From Amphiscolops sp. MND2022 (lineage: Eukaryota), in NCBI GenBank assembly GCA_964187785.1, contig OZ076409.1, positions 86,864,001-86,928,000 of the forward strand: a stretch of DNA of 64,000 nucleotides. Direction: 5' to 3'. A program made the translations under genes and the position numbers. The notes below the pieces were generated by a model. It was not told where the DNA came from. It made no database searches and saw only the letters and a program-made list of their open reading frames with translations. Position 1 is the stretch's first letter, and every line of letters begins with the position of its first letter. Of this stretch, positions 37,801 through 51,364 are shown one piece after another.

Positions 37801-40327
37801 TTTCAGTCGGGTGTTTTTCAATGAGACCGCACGTCTGAGAAAAACAGAAATCACTTTTAGTGCTGCTAGCAACCTGAACAATTCACACCGTCTACTATGC
37901 TAGCTGAATCGTGGGAAAATGACCGCAGTTTGAGCTAAAATGGCAATACGTAAAGTACGGTGGCCTAACAATGTTCTTTGTAAAAGTGACTATGTTGTGA
38001 ATTTCACTCTTTGTGATTAAACTCCGATTATAGGCTTTCTAGCTATCTATAGTTTTGTGTATGCGCGTGAATTATACTATCATAACAGAAAAACAAAAGA
38101 GCGTGGTGCCCGGACCATTGTTCGGTGATCCGAAGTGGAAAAACTTTGATGTAACCTTAGGGTCACTTTTTCGGGTCTATTTTGTCCATATCTACGAGTC
38201 GGTGTTATCAGCCTTCTCAAATTGCACAAATTGTCAGGATTTGGTACCCACAGTGTGCGACAATGCAAAAATGTTGGTGCTGAGATATCCCGGAGATATC
38301 ACACAATGCTCAACTAAAACAGTATTTTTGTCTCAATTTCACACAAAATTCAAGCAAAACTGCGGCTAAGTTTTCTCAGTCACTATTGACGCTAGCGGAA
38401 CGGAAAGTACACCATCAATTTAACGTTTTGCGATCTACATGATGGTGCAGTTTGTTTTGAGCTGTTCCGTCTAGGACTAATCTCGACTTGTCTCATGAAC
38501 AGTAGTCCGAAATGTCGCAAAATTAAAACTTTTTTCGGTCTTTCTCGGCAACCACTGGTTGGAATCACTCGGGTTTTTCTGCTTTGGTAACGATATGCTC
38601 TTTAAGAACACAACTTAGGTAACAAAACCTGATAGGTTCCAAACAAAGTCTCCCAAATATTTTCAAGTTGCACATTTTTACACTCTGTGAACAATACGAA
38701 TACTATGTAATTTCACCAAACAATTTTTATTTCTGTTCTCAAACGTTCAGCGCTGATTCACCAGTAACGTAGCAAGGTGTAACAAGTTTTTCAAGGGACT
38801 GACTTTGCTTCAAATAATAGCTCTATTTTTATATCACTCAGGTCTATGGTGTCCTCTACTCAGGTCTATATACTTGAAAAAACATCAAGTGATATTTCCA
38901 ATCTGTATTGGAGCGTCTAAAAATTGTCTTGGCGAAAGTATCTTGTATTACCAGCCACGATATAATCGTTTATAGGCTAGTATAAAGACTTGAGAACAAA
39001 CGCCCAAGGCTTCCTTCACCAAAATTTATCTAGAAGGCTAAATTTGACGACTTGCTGACAAAAATCGTTAATTTATTAGTCTTTCCGCATCTTAGTTTGG
39101 CAAATTTTTCTGTTCCTGACCTGATAGGCCCAATGAAACGTTTTTATGGTATTCCCATTGGCCGTACCCTCTTCGTAAGAATTTTGGTTTTCAAAAATGA
39201 CTTCATCAGTAAGTGGTATATATGGGATGTTATAGCTATACAAGCTTAATTTCTTACTAAACACTCATAATACCCACTGGGTTTTTTCTCAGTTAGTATT
39301 GGTGAGGGTACGCCTGGGAAAATGCGTCAGGGGCTAAATTCAAAAGGGATGAAGTAACTAAATTGATTCTGTTGCTGTTGTAGGCAGTCAAAGGGTTTAA
39401 AAAGGGGTAGTGTATGCAGCCTGCTCACAAACTCATCCAAAACAGCGGGGATTTTCACCAAATATTCTGACAGTTCCAGGATAATAACAATTAGCCAAAA
39501 TAACGCTTTCCAACTCGCAAAATACAATCCGGTTAGGCCGGATGGGGATTTCTCACCTGTACAATAGAGTCCAATTGGGTACTTTGATGTCACCAAGTCT
39601 ATTTATCTTGCCAGGCATCGAAAACTTGCAGAAAACGCAGATATTCTGTTAGAAGGAAGCCTGGTAAGCTCGAGAACAGCAATAAAATAATCTAAGACCC
39701 TCTCCTAAATTTTGTCCTGATTCGGACTTTGCAGGGCCGGAAAGCAGTAAAAACTGCAAGTGCAAAAATTCCACATAAAATGAAAAATATCCCTCTGTGA
39801 TCGCCATGAAAACTATTTACTACAACGCTAAACACTAGTTTTGATCTCAAATCTGTCCCTTAGGGGGACTTTTCAAACCTCAAGAAGGTTCCTCATGTTA
39901 GAGCACCGAGGCGAAATGCCGTTCTCTCAAAATTGGGAGGCGCCTCACAAGCCTGTAAAAAATCTTAGGGTTCCTGCAACTTCTACATGCTTCCGGTGTT
40001 CAAAATTGGCAATTAGGTGAAATACATTAAATTTCCGGAATAATATCTAAAATAGGGATTTTTAGTTTCGGCTTCATCATACAACTGCAAAACAACAAAA
40101 CAACACGAAATAAACCAGCATGGATAATATCAGCACTTTCATGAAGTTGTTGGGATTTTGGAAAAGTCCATAGAAAGGTTGCGTCTTGATTCCTGGCTTC
40201 GGGAACGTCGGTATTTGTGCCAAATTCTCTGTGGGAACGTAGTGGAAGGGATGGCACAAAACAAGGCTTCTAGTGGTGTTCTGTCAAAGTCGTCATGCGT
40301 TTTCTGCGTTCTCTTGGTCAGGGACAG

Positions 40328-41936
40328 TATTGCGAATTTAATAAGAGTCGTTGTTTTGAACATTTTTTATTTCAACGGATTTGGTATGAGTATAGAAACT
40401 TCTTGTTTCACTTTCAGGTAATGTATCATTTTCCTCACTAAAAGTTTCTCCTGTTTTAGGTTAAAGTAGTTTCAACAGTTCTCTTTGGAATTTAACAAGT
40501 GGATTTTCCCTATCCGAAGACATTTTTCCTTCTACGAAGCTCTTAGACTCTCAAACACATCGGTGATTTGGCGCGAGAAAGTCCCGCTTACCATGACGTC
40601 TGACTCTTTTAAATCTCCAATCGCAACAAAAATTGGAGAAACTATATTCCCACTTCCTCTTTTTGTGCCTTTTCGAATATTCTTTCTCTTTTGACTTCTC
40701 GTTGACATCCTGAAGAAAATATTTTTGAGAATTTTCATTCTTAATTGAAGTTTGTAGGATGATTGTTTTGACAAAACAATGTTTAGTCCGATAAACGATT
40801 GCAGAGGGAAAGAATAATTTCACAAATCCAAACTTTATATACTTTCCTAGCATCATTTGATCGAGATGGCGTACCTAAATTTTCCTCGAACAATTAGTCA
40901 TTTCCTGGTATTTCTGGGCAAAGTTCATCTACGTCCCTAAATTTCGTCGTTATCTCGGCAGATTTCAAGACAAGTCAAGATCATCATTTTTAGTCATTAC
41001 CCGCAATCATGTCATTTCATTCCGACGTCCGCTTTGTTTCCTCCCAAGCAGAAGTAGATTTTACTTCAACCTATCAAACCAGAAATATTTCGTTGTTTTT
41101 ATGCTTCGGTTTGCGATATATTTGACGCGAAGATGACGCTGACGTAAACAAATAATACCTGATTTTGAATTTCAATAAAACGACAATTTGAAACGATGCT
41201 AGGAGAGAAAGAGAGCTCAATCGTATTGTGAAGACTTGATTATTCTGCTCAATCACTTCTTGTTTTTAATTAGGCAGAACAATGATACGTTGGCGAACGT
41301 CAAGACAAAGTCAATTAACAATAGAAAGTTTGGTTATGAAAACAACAACCCGAATACTTAGTAGCATTTCATCGTTAACGTTAATTTTTAACTTATATTG
41401 CACGACATAATTGAACTTGCCTAGGATACAAGGATGAAATCATGAAGTATTGAGTATTTTAGCAATTGTTATAAAAGGGTACAAAATACCAGCCTGTCTG
41501 TCTTGTATATGATTATAAACTCTGACTTTTGCCTAGAGCCTATCGAAATAGTTCGTCTAGTTTATCCTTTTATTTAGTAGCGCTGCTTCAACGTAAGAAT
41601 ATGATTTCTTTCATCTCTATAGTAATCGACGTAGTGTAGTCGCAAATTAGACTTAGGTTTATCCAGTATTTCCTTGTCAACGCGGCAGAACTTTCGATTT
41701 TAATACTGTTCAAACGCCTATTTCCATAAATTTGCGAAGTATTGTTGACAATTTTTAATGGATATCTTGGAAGGCAGCCTATTTGACGTAATGCTGACGA
41801 GAAATCGGAGGAGATTCTAGGTTGCTGTAGTTGGGATGAAGCCGCGCTGACAAATTGAAGGGGATTAACTATGTCTCGATGTGCCTGTGACGTCAAAGAG
41901 TATTCTTAATACCGTGTGCGTCGTGCTGATGTCACA
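40328..41936 (-). mobile_element. Probable Gypsy-like solo LTR carrying a decayed gag N-terminus
   Basis: Starts TGTGACATCAG and ends ..TCGCAATA. Shares CAAATGATGCTAGGAA.. and an MSTRSQKR-type start with 57608-58739 in opposite orientation. Confidence 0.5.
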
Positions 41937-42468
41937 AGCGTAGTAACATCGGCCGACGCTGCCGTAATTGTTTGCTTAACGATGTTTCATCGTTCTAATT
42001 CGCACTACTTGCTCATCAAATCTACAATCACGCTGCCTTTCTCATAAGACGCCTTATGCTTTGATCGCTATCTATCAATCAACTTTAGATTTGGCTATGA
42101 TGTTTTGAAGACGCCTATCTTAATTAAGATTTCAGATGTAGAATGGATCTTTCCCGACGTGGCTTTAACGTCTTGGCAGAAATGCGTGAAATCATTTTTT
42201 TCTGTTCTTTTTGGTAGTCATTTGCACTGTAGATTTTTGAGAATTGCTATACGTTCCCTTTTAAGTCACAGTTTATTTTTTCTAGAAAAGTTTATGCTCA
42301 AAATTACCATCTCATTGATCATGAGATGCATCTGTATCCTCTCCCGATGCCGGCTTGTTTACAGTTATAACCCAGTCAGGGAGCGGGCTGTGAGAGACAG
42401 AGTGATGTCCGGGTGGTGTCTGTTTTTTGTGCTTCTTTTCTGAATTCATGTACATGCCAGGTCGGCCG

Positions 42469-42811
42469 TTTTTAGGCGGCGCCTTTTTCCCTTAAGGAAA
42501 AAAGCCCGACTATTACAATGGGTAGATTTTTTTAGTGGACAATCTCACTCTGAATGGCTCACTTTTCTTAGAATTTTTACAACCTTACAATTTCTTACAA
42601 TTCTTACTTAGCTCACGAAGTAGTGTTTTTAAATGATATAAGAAACGGGACCAAACGGTACTCACTCGGAGTATTTTCGGCTCTGTGAGACTTTTTTCAA
42701 AAAAAAATTTATAAAAGGGTCCCCAATTCACCAATACTTTGACATTTTGAAGTCCTTTTGCTATTTTTGAGCCTTAGATATGGCGCTGACTTCGGCCGTT
42801 CCCGGCTTGTT
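42469..42811 (+). mobile_element. HINE, complete short copy
   Basis: 5' TTTTTAGGCGGCGC..CCCGACT; 3' GCGCTGACT followed by GGCCG-TTCC-CGGCT and TGTT. Confidence 0.7.
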
Positions 42812-44492
42812 ATTTTGTGCGGTACTTCGAAATTTTGAGAAAGTTCTGCAAGTTTTCTATGTCAAAACTGTTGAACGTTACATCGAGATATTTTCGAGTA
42901 GGCTCTACAGGTGCTATACTGTTATAACGGGGTGGTACGGTTAGCATGTGTTCACTTTGCTTCGTCGTCCATACTGTTTTTGGTTCTATGCCACGCTGCA
43001 AGGACACATGGCATGACTCTATTTCATGAAAAAAATTGCATATAATTTACTTTTTGGCCAAATAGTTCACTAAATGAAAATTACACTACATGTAATATTT
43101 CAAGAAAATAGTATTTCATACTATGCAACCCGTTTTAAAATTCATCTTAGTTTATTCTCTTAGAGCTGTAATTTCACTGATTCGAATTCCTTGTTGGTCA
43201 TTTTTTTTCAATCAAAACGAGTACTATTCAAGTCAGCGCCCTGTCTAAGGTTCGCTTTTGAAAAATATGTTGTTAAAATTACTAGATTTCAGAAAAAAGG
43301 TCTAGAAAATCTCATAGTGACAAAAATTACCCGAAATAATTGTTTTCTGCTTCAAATGTTTCACAAAAAAGTAACGATATGTTTATGAAAATTCGACTCT
43401 GCTTAGCATCGAACCCCACCCTCTTTTTGGATCTTGATGCGGATATAACGTCAATATAGACTGATAAAAACTCTAACCAGTGACGAACTTTGACAACTAT
43501 CGTCAGAAATCGATTAAATTATACTTCAGTCTCAAAACATCGCTCGTGAACAACAAGCTGCAGGACAAAATTTTGTTGTAGAGGTCGGGTTAATACCCTA
43601 GAAAACGTTTTTTAACATCAAAATCATACCATGTATAGAAATTTTTTCTACTTTTTTGTTTCAGTTGACTCTTTTTCCATTAAAAAGCGTTTCACCATTA
43701 AGAAACCCTTTTTGTTCCCAAAATCGGTATTCAGCAAGCCGTGCTAAAGGATCAAGGTGCTCGAATGTCTAAGTTTGAAAATTTTGAAACAACTGGTGTT
43801 GAAAGATCAGGTAATATTACTTTTTAAACAATTTTTTTCTCAAAAATAGCGAAAACGGGAAAATTCAATAGAGTTTCCGACATACAGGTTGTACCAAATT
43901 GAACCAGTCGACAAGTTACAGTTATTGGTTCTGGTGTTAATGCTTCAATAAAAATAACGTTGAATCTGAAGGCTTTGGGTTTTATTGTTCAGCATTCCTT
44001 ATGAAAAAACTAAATGCACGAAAATTTCTCACAGGCTTCCGATTTCATCGCCAGTAAGCAAACCCCCAATGCCCGGACACATTTGTTCAGATCGTCAAAA
44101 CTATTCGATTTATACACGGTCGTTGCAAGGAGATTGTCTGATTGAAAAACCCAAAACAGGGGAAAAGGGTTACTAGCTCTTACAGGCTTGAGAACATTTC
44201 GCCCATACATGATCCCCCACTCAGGAAGTAAACAAGACCGATGGTCTTTATTTTCAGGCATGATGTTGACGAAATGGGGGCGTTTTTTCTGCATTTTGTC
44301 TAAAAAACGGACAAAAAAGGCTACTCCCTAAGTGAAAATCACTAAAAATCCAAAAAGGGGACATTTTTGTGAGATAAAAAACCTCCAAAAATGCCAAAAA
44401 AAGCGACGAACAGTTTTTTATCTCTAGTTAAAATGACAAAGTTGAGAGTGAAGACCTTTTGCACGCTCTTTGGCCCCTTTAGGCGTGGAGCA

Positions 44493-45233
44493 CAGTGAAT
44501 TGACTCGTGTACTGAAAACCGTGTATCGTGTTTTTCGTATACTTTCCCATAAAGCATCGGTATACCATCGGTGCTTACAAAATTAGACGCTTTGCCCACA
44601 AAAGCTACAAAATTTCGCGAGTTATATGGTTTTAATCTCCTTGATGCTGCTCTGAAAACCCGCCAAATTGTAGAGAAATCTTGATAAATACCTGAAAAAT
44701 TAGTGACATAGCATGAAAATATTGAGCATGAAAACGTCTCTAAGCAGCTCCCAAAAACCTAATGAATTTGCCTTGCAACCTATAAAAGCATGTAAAACTT
44801 TCGAGCACTTTCAACTAGGGTATCGTGTACGGTACCGTGTATCGACTGTAAAAAATCAAGTTTATGAAAATTCATTCAGAAAAGGAATTTTAAGTCTTCC
44901 AAATTCGATGGTAAAAGTCTGTTTCGTCTGTCATTACATCTCAAATTACGAACGGGAAAACATACTTTCCACTGGGGCAGAACTGACCTGAATGGCCAGT
45001 ACTAGATGTTTGATCCCTTGTTCCAGTTCCTTTTCGCCAAAATGTCAGAATCATTTCGAGTTATTTTTGTAGGCCAGCGAGCGAAGGCTGAGTAACTTTT
45101 ATACTCATTTCGGAAGCCTTTCATTGTTTCATTTTCTCGTGTAAATCGTGTACTTTGAGTAAATCGTATAAATCGGTAGTTCGAGAAAATTCGTGTATTC
45201 CGGTACGGTACATGTACCGACGTCAATTCACTG
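44493..45233. mobile_element. Non-autonomous hAT-type MITE
   Basis: 12-bp TIR CAGTGAATTGAC / GTCAATTCACTG; perfect 8-bp TSD GTGGAGCA on both sides. Confidence 0.85.
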
Positions 45234-46589
45234 GTGGAGCATAATGCAGAATTGTTTATTTTGAACCAATTTGGGCAATATTGAGCGTGAATCAGGGCGT
45301 CTTGCATCTTCGTAGCCGCTAATCACAGCCCTTTGATTAAATGTGCTGACATTGAATCGGGCTACAAAAATTTGGTTATAAGCACCCGGTAACACCAATC
45401 ACATTGAGGTCCCAACTTTTAGTGGATGTAACATTACAAAAACTTACAACTGTTCTAGATTGAGGACATGGCGAAAAAATGTTTTTAATTTGGAACATTT
45501 TTTGCTTTTTTGCTGTATGTACCGCAAGGTACTCGTATTGGTATCGAGGGCTGTTCAAAAGATAATGGCAGAACTGCATATTTGCAGCAAAAACTAATTC
45601 CTTACAGCAGGTCTTTTGCGAATTTTATCGTTTCGATTAAACTCTTCAATTTTTGAAATTTGTTGAAATTTCAAAAAAAATGATTTGAAGATTGTTGCAA
45701 TACGTCACAAAAGATATAGAAGTTAGTGAGTAGAGATGTTTCACTCACATTGGCAATTTTTTCATTTACTTTCACTAAATTGCACTAGTGGGTGTAAAAA
45801 TATTCCCAACAAAAAGCAAGCGAAATCTACAACTATATTTTCCCGACAGCACTAATAACATTGCACCGCAAGCGCTAATCCAATGCAGTTATGGTAAAAA
45901 CATGATGACAGGCAGCATAGAAGCAAACAAACATATCTGGGTGGCTGATTGAGGTACAACACGCTCTCATTAGTGGTCGAAAGCTACATTTAGAACACCA
46001 TTTTTGACCAAGTTACATTATACCAAGTTACATTATATCAATAGAAAAATTCTCTCGAAGCCTTTGAATCGAACCGTGTAATGTTCATTCGAAAATATTA
46101 AAAACTCTAGAAGTAGGGGCTGTTTTAGTTTGTTGAATCCCGAAATCATGTCCAATCACTTGTAATTTTGAAAGCGCCAAAAGAGAGGAGCTTTGAAAAT
46201 GCCTAAAAAATTGCAAATTGTAACTGTAATTTTTGTTGCAAATATTTGACGCAAAAGTAATTGTAAGCTAAACAAAAATCGAACTAAACAAAAACTAATC
46301 TAAGAATTTCAAAAGTCAGTGGATCAAAAGCGAAAACTTGATTCGAAAATACCTAGAAATGGCAAATGGTAACGTTCGTAATTTTTGTTGCAAATACCTG
46401 ACGCAAAAGTTGCCTTTAAAATGTTTTCCCTTTAAAAGTTGTTTCCTTTAAAATCGCTAAGAAGACGATCTAGGAAGGTGAGAACGATTTTACTTAAGTT
46501 ACAAAGACTGTACTTTGCCTTCATCTTGTGATGCAAAATTATTATGAACTAATTTCATTTGCTCACCAACTCCTTATTTTTTATTATTA

Positions 46590-47400
46590 ACATAGATGCT
46601 CTTGTCAAACGGGCTAATGTGTGCTTTCACTGATGATACTTCCATTACTTTATCGCAATTGGACATGAATAGGTTTAGATGTGAATTGTCCTCTGTTGAT
46701 TCCTGGATGAAAATGAAAAAAGTCTCATTGATTACCGAGAAGACAAAAATCATCCATTTCAACAGGAGTAATTGTGACTTGGATAATAAAATGGAACTTG
46801 ACGGTGAAATTATCGAACATTTTGAATCATTCCAGCGTCTGGGTTTGAAACTTGATACGAAACGATGTTTCCATGACCATGTCGAAAACGTTACTCAGAG
46901 AATACACAAATATTGTGCCCTTCTCTACCGGATTCAGAGACTATTCCATCGAAAAGATTTGTTACAGTTTTGAAATTTTTTCATCAAACCCGTCATACAA
47001 TACGGTGTTTCAATCTATGGATGCATACACGAGTCCGTACTCGAGAAAATTTTTGAGACTTCAGAAAAAAACACTTCGAACCAGTTTTCTCGAGAAAAAT
47101 TGAAGGACAATTTAACGATTATGATCGAACAAAAAATTGCGACTATATATGAGCTCCTTATGTATGAATTGTTCAAAGAAGTGGTTAAAAATGTGAACAA
47201 ATGTAGTAGATTGAAACCGTTACGTGAAAAACTGAAAGTGAATAGAGAAACCAAAAAAATTCACGAGCAACTTGTATGCTTCAGATTTAAAGTCAAGTCA
47301 TCTTAGTTTGCAATTAGAAATCCAATTGTCAATATGTACAACTCAATGGAGAGCTGTCGAACTTCGGGATTTTTTTGTAGTTTCGATCTGTATTTTTGTC
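46590..47400 (+). mobile_element. 5'-truncated degenerate LINE (RT C-terminal region), same group as the full-length element
   Basis: AFTDDT (FADD remnant), EKTKIIHF, LGLKLDTKRCFHDHV, FIKPVIQYG..IYGC, RLQKKTLR; contains stops and frameshifts. Confidence 0.8.
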
Positions 47401-47639
47401 ATCTGTTGAAAAGATAATCATTGTTACAATTTCTTGTACTTCGTTTTGTGGTACACCGGAACATTAGTCGTACCCGCTAGAGCGCAAAATATATCATGAA
47501 ACGGTTTCCTTAACTTCATTGTAAGTACTTTAGTCAATTTTTCGTCCATGAAAATTCCAAGTCCTTCGCAAACTGAACCTTCTAAAAGATAAATAGCCTC
47601 ATTCCAATAACTAATGTATGTAATTATACTGATGATTGT

Positions 47640-47810
47640 ATAAATGTAAGCAGTACTTACCCTGGTTGGAACTGCTTGCACTTTTTACAAGTTTTTGTAA
47701 GTTACCAAGCTAATTTTTCATGATTTTATAAAATTCTCAAGGAAACGTCCATGCAATGAGACTTCACTGATGCAATTCAAATTTATCAAGCTGCCTATAA
47801 GATGCATCCT
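47640..47810. repeat. Dispersed repeat with an inverted diverged copy at about 53792-53945
   Basis: CTCAAGGAAACGTCCATGCA..ACTTCACTGA..TTATCAAGCTG is the reverse complement of CAGCTTGATAA..TCAGTGAAGT..TGCATGGACGTTTCCTTGAG. Confidence 0.75.
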
Positions 47811-50260
47811 AAATTTGGCGGCAATTCTGAGCGGCGAAGTTTTGCAGGTTTCATGAAGATGCCGATCTAATTTTGAAAGCAGGTGAGACCGTCATCAATT
47901 TTACCCCGGTTTCACTGCAAATAAATTTCAGTAACATTATAAATTTCAAAGTAGCGTCATATTCAGCGTGCTATTTGACTAACGGTGTTTGAGTAAGGTA
48001 CTTACTTGAGAAACTTACGCGTGAAAACAAAGTGATCGCTGTGGTGAAGAAGTGGAAATGTTTTCAGTTTTAACTCAAATAGTGAAAGCTGCATAGTAAT
48101 CCTACAAAATGTTTCGATGCATGGTCCCTGAATTTTCCATGTTTTATAAAAAATTAGCCGGCATTTTTTGACGGTGCATGTAAGACTTCGCGACAACCTC
48201 GACTAGGGTAGTTTGAAAAAATTGTCTACCGGAAATTTGAATTAATTTATTTTATTTTAATTTAAGTCTATCATTTTTTTTGTATTTTATTAGTAAACAA
48301 TAAATTTTTAATCAAAATGTGACTTTTAAAAATGTGACTGTTTCAATTTTGTTTCCTGGCGATTCGAAAAGAAAAGTTTTTCTATGTTTGGAGCCTACCT
48401 CTTTACGTGTTTACCCACACCAAGTTATGACGTTTCTGTTTAAAACTAACTTCTTCCTCAAACTTGCTTGTTGTTTCAATTCATAAACAATATCTCCCGC
48501 TTCTTGCAGTATCTGATGATTATCTCTAACTCTTCACCCATACCGTAACTAGAGTAGTTTGAAGATTTTTATTTGCCTATGTGTACCTTCTAGATAACTT
48601 GTGATATTCTATAACTCTAATTCCTTCTTTAGAATACAAAATCAATATTTTTATTTCCAGTGTAAGCAAGTTCGCTGAGACCTTCCAAACGAACTGACGC
48701 TTGAGACAACGTTTGCTGAAGTGTGCGGAAGGCACAATCACAAATTTTTAAATAGTATTTTGAAACCAAACTTTGAATCCAACTCTTCCACGCTACACAT
48801 TTTTTCAATCGTTCGTTTTTGATTATGATTAAAAACTAACGGTTAAAAAACCGATCACCCAATGATGAATGAGAAACAGAGCTTCATTATAACCTAGATA
48901 TCCTTTCGCAACATTTGGGAGACAGTCCTGTATGAAATCCTGACAGTTTCTTTTCAGTTGGAAAAAAAGACAATTTTGTCTACTTCGGGGAATATAGGTA
49001 ATCAGATTTACCTGTCTGTGATGAACAAATCAAGATAATGACGCTATCCGCCAGCTGAAAGAGTCGCTGTACTCTGGATGGTAACTATATTACTTGGTGA
49101 AAAATTCTACGATCAAAAGCTGCAGCAGAAATTGAACTTGTTGTTTCTTGAACCAGAATTGAACAAGGTTTCTTTTGTTTCTGAGTCTCAGACAGTCTTG
49201 ATAGACTCGGAATATGTTGTGTTGAACGTATCAGAGTGTTCAAAATAAATATACCTGCAGCTGTGTTTAGCGGGAATCGATTTGAAAATAATCCCAACGA
49301 GAGTTTTATGACGCACACGATTCCAGAAACACCGTGTGAGGGGAATTCTAGTAAATCACTGCGCCTTCGGATACATGCGACATTGCTAAATATGCAACGT
49401 GTCTTTAATTCAAATTTCCGCCGCTTTATAGAATAGCCGACTGAGCGTCAATTTATTTACGTGCTGCAATCACTTTAGAAGAGAGACCGCGCTAGAACGA
49501 CGCAAATGGCGCGTAGGTGCAGGTGATTGAAGCGACACATTACCATGGCAAAAGTGCTATATTGTAGTACTTAGTATTACCAAAGGGAAAACACCTCACA
49601 GTCTCTCTTTTACCAATTAATGTTTTTTCATGTAAGACAGTCATTGATGTACAATAGTCGTCGATACATGCGTTGTGAAGTATTAGGTCTATAGATGTTG
49701 AAAAGACCTTACAAGGACCTTATGTATTCTACAAGTTGAGAATATAATTTCGACACAAAAAAAAACAAATCAAATATCTACATCGAGTTGCGCTGTTGAT
49801 TTCGCGCAACAATGACGTCTAGTGATAACACTGAAATTCTGCAGAGAGTGAAAATGAGAAAATTGTTATCTTTCTTCTAAATTTAGATGAACGACATCGG
49901 ATGATATTTCTACAGTACACGTCCAATCTCCACCATACACTAAAACACATGCAATTGCCACGATATCAACCTTTGTTCACACTGCACCAACTTTTTACAT
50001 GTTTTCACAGGTTGTCTGACACTTTTACTGAAATTTCGGGAAATTTGTTCAGATGTTTCATCGAAGAAAAATTTTGTTGGTTTTTCCGGGCAAAGTGAGA
50101 TTTTTCGTAAGCACAAACTCATGAACGACAAAACTCATCTAGATGTGCCGCTGAAGCAATAAAATTCAATCACATAAAATCGACAGCGCTATTTTTTTGC
50201 CTGATAACTTTTGAGGTTGTGAAAACAGCAAACAAGCATTAACTTTCATTGTGTTATGAA

Positions 50261-50468
50261 AAAAAAATTATCGGGATTACTTTAGAGCGTAATATGGAAA
50301 ATCATAACAAAAACATAGACTTTTATTGGACATTTTAAAAGTTCCGAGTTTGAAATTTACATAATTATGTAAATTTTAAACTCGGAACTTTTAAAATGTC
50401 CAATGAAAGTCTATGTTTTTGTTATGATTTTCCATATTACGCTCTAAAGTAATGCCGATAATTTTTTT
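50261..50468. repeat. 208-bp spacer-less palindrome
   Basis: Centre ACATAA|TTATGT at 50364/50365; 104-bp arms, 3 mismatches by my count. Confidence 0.95.
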
Positions 50469-50608
50469 ATTCGTAGAATACTGTTCGCATTATTAACTTC
50501 AATGGTTCGGTCTAACTGCTTTTGGATTTTAATCCGTTAACGTATTAAAATCCGACAGCAGTTAGACCGAACCATTGAAGTTAATAATGCGAACAGTATT
50601 CTACGAAT
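50469..50608. repeat. 140-bp spacer-less palindrome abutting the previous one
   Basis: Centre CGTT|AACG at 50538/50539; 70-bp arms, 3 mismatches by my count. Confidence 0.95.
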
Positions 50609-51364
50609 GAAGTTTAAATCGATTTTTATTCTTTTTTATGTTAAAATGGTGAAGGTAAATTCGAACATTCCCCTTCAAAATTTCGAATATTAGTCAATAT
50701 TATAAAATTTTGATTGATTTATTGCTATCTGTTTGGTAGTTTTTAGTTGTCAAAGAAACGCTGAAGAAAAAGGTAAATTCTTGCTGCCACTGGTTCACGC
50801 GGCACTAAAGTTGATGAGTTGATAAGCTGACAGATTCTGATTGGTTTAATTGAATGTAGTTTTTAGAAGCTTGAACTATGGCCAAAAAGCATGATTTTGA
50901 AATCTGAGAGGAACCTCCAATCCCCACAATTTGCTTCAACTCGATTTGGTTGGTTTAGTGCTCGAAGAGGATTGGCTGACGACTCGTCTCAGGATTTTCA
51001 CACTCGATTCTGATTGGGTGACGACTGGTGAAATTGTAGTTTTATCCACACCAGCAACATGCTATCCGGCTGCAAAATATTTTCTCAAAGGTTGAGCTAA
51101 TTACTTGACTACCCTGAGTTGAGAAAATCATGTATATTATGAAACTTCGAAAGTAATGTACGAATGTATTACACCGAAATCAAAAGAAAACTAAAAATGA
51201 CTTTCCAATGTTTAACGGAATTTCGTTGGTACCCTTCTTTTCAATCATTCTTTTTGGGTAAAAGTAAGACAATCTTTTCTTTGTCTGTTCGTATGCAGCA
51301 ATGCTGGGGTCGTTGGTTTGGCAGTTTTTATTGGCAATGGTTACATTATCTTATATACGTAAGT

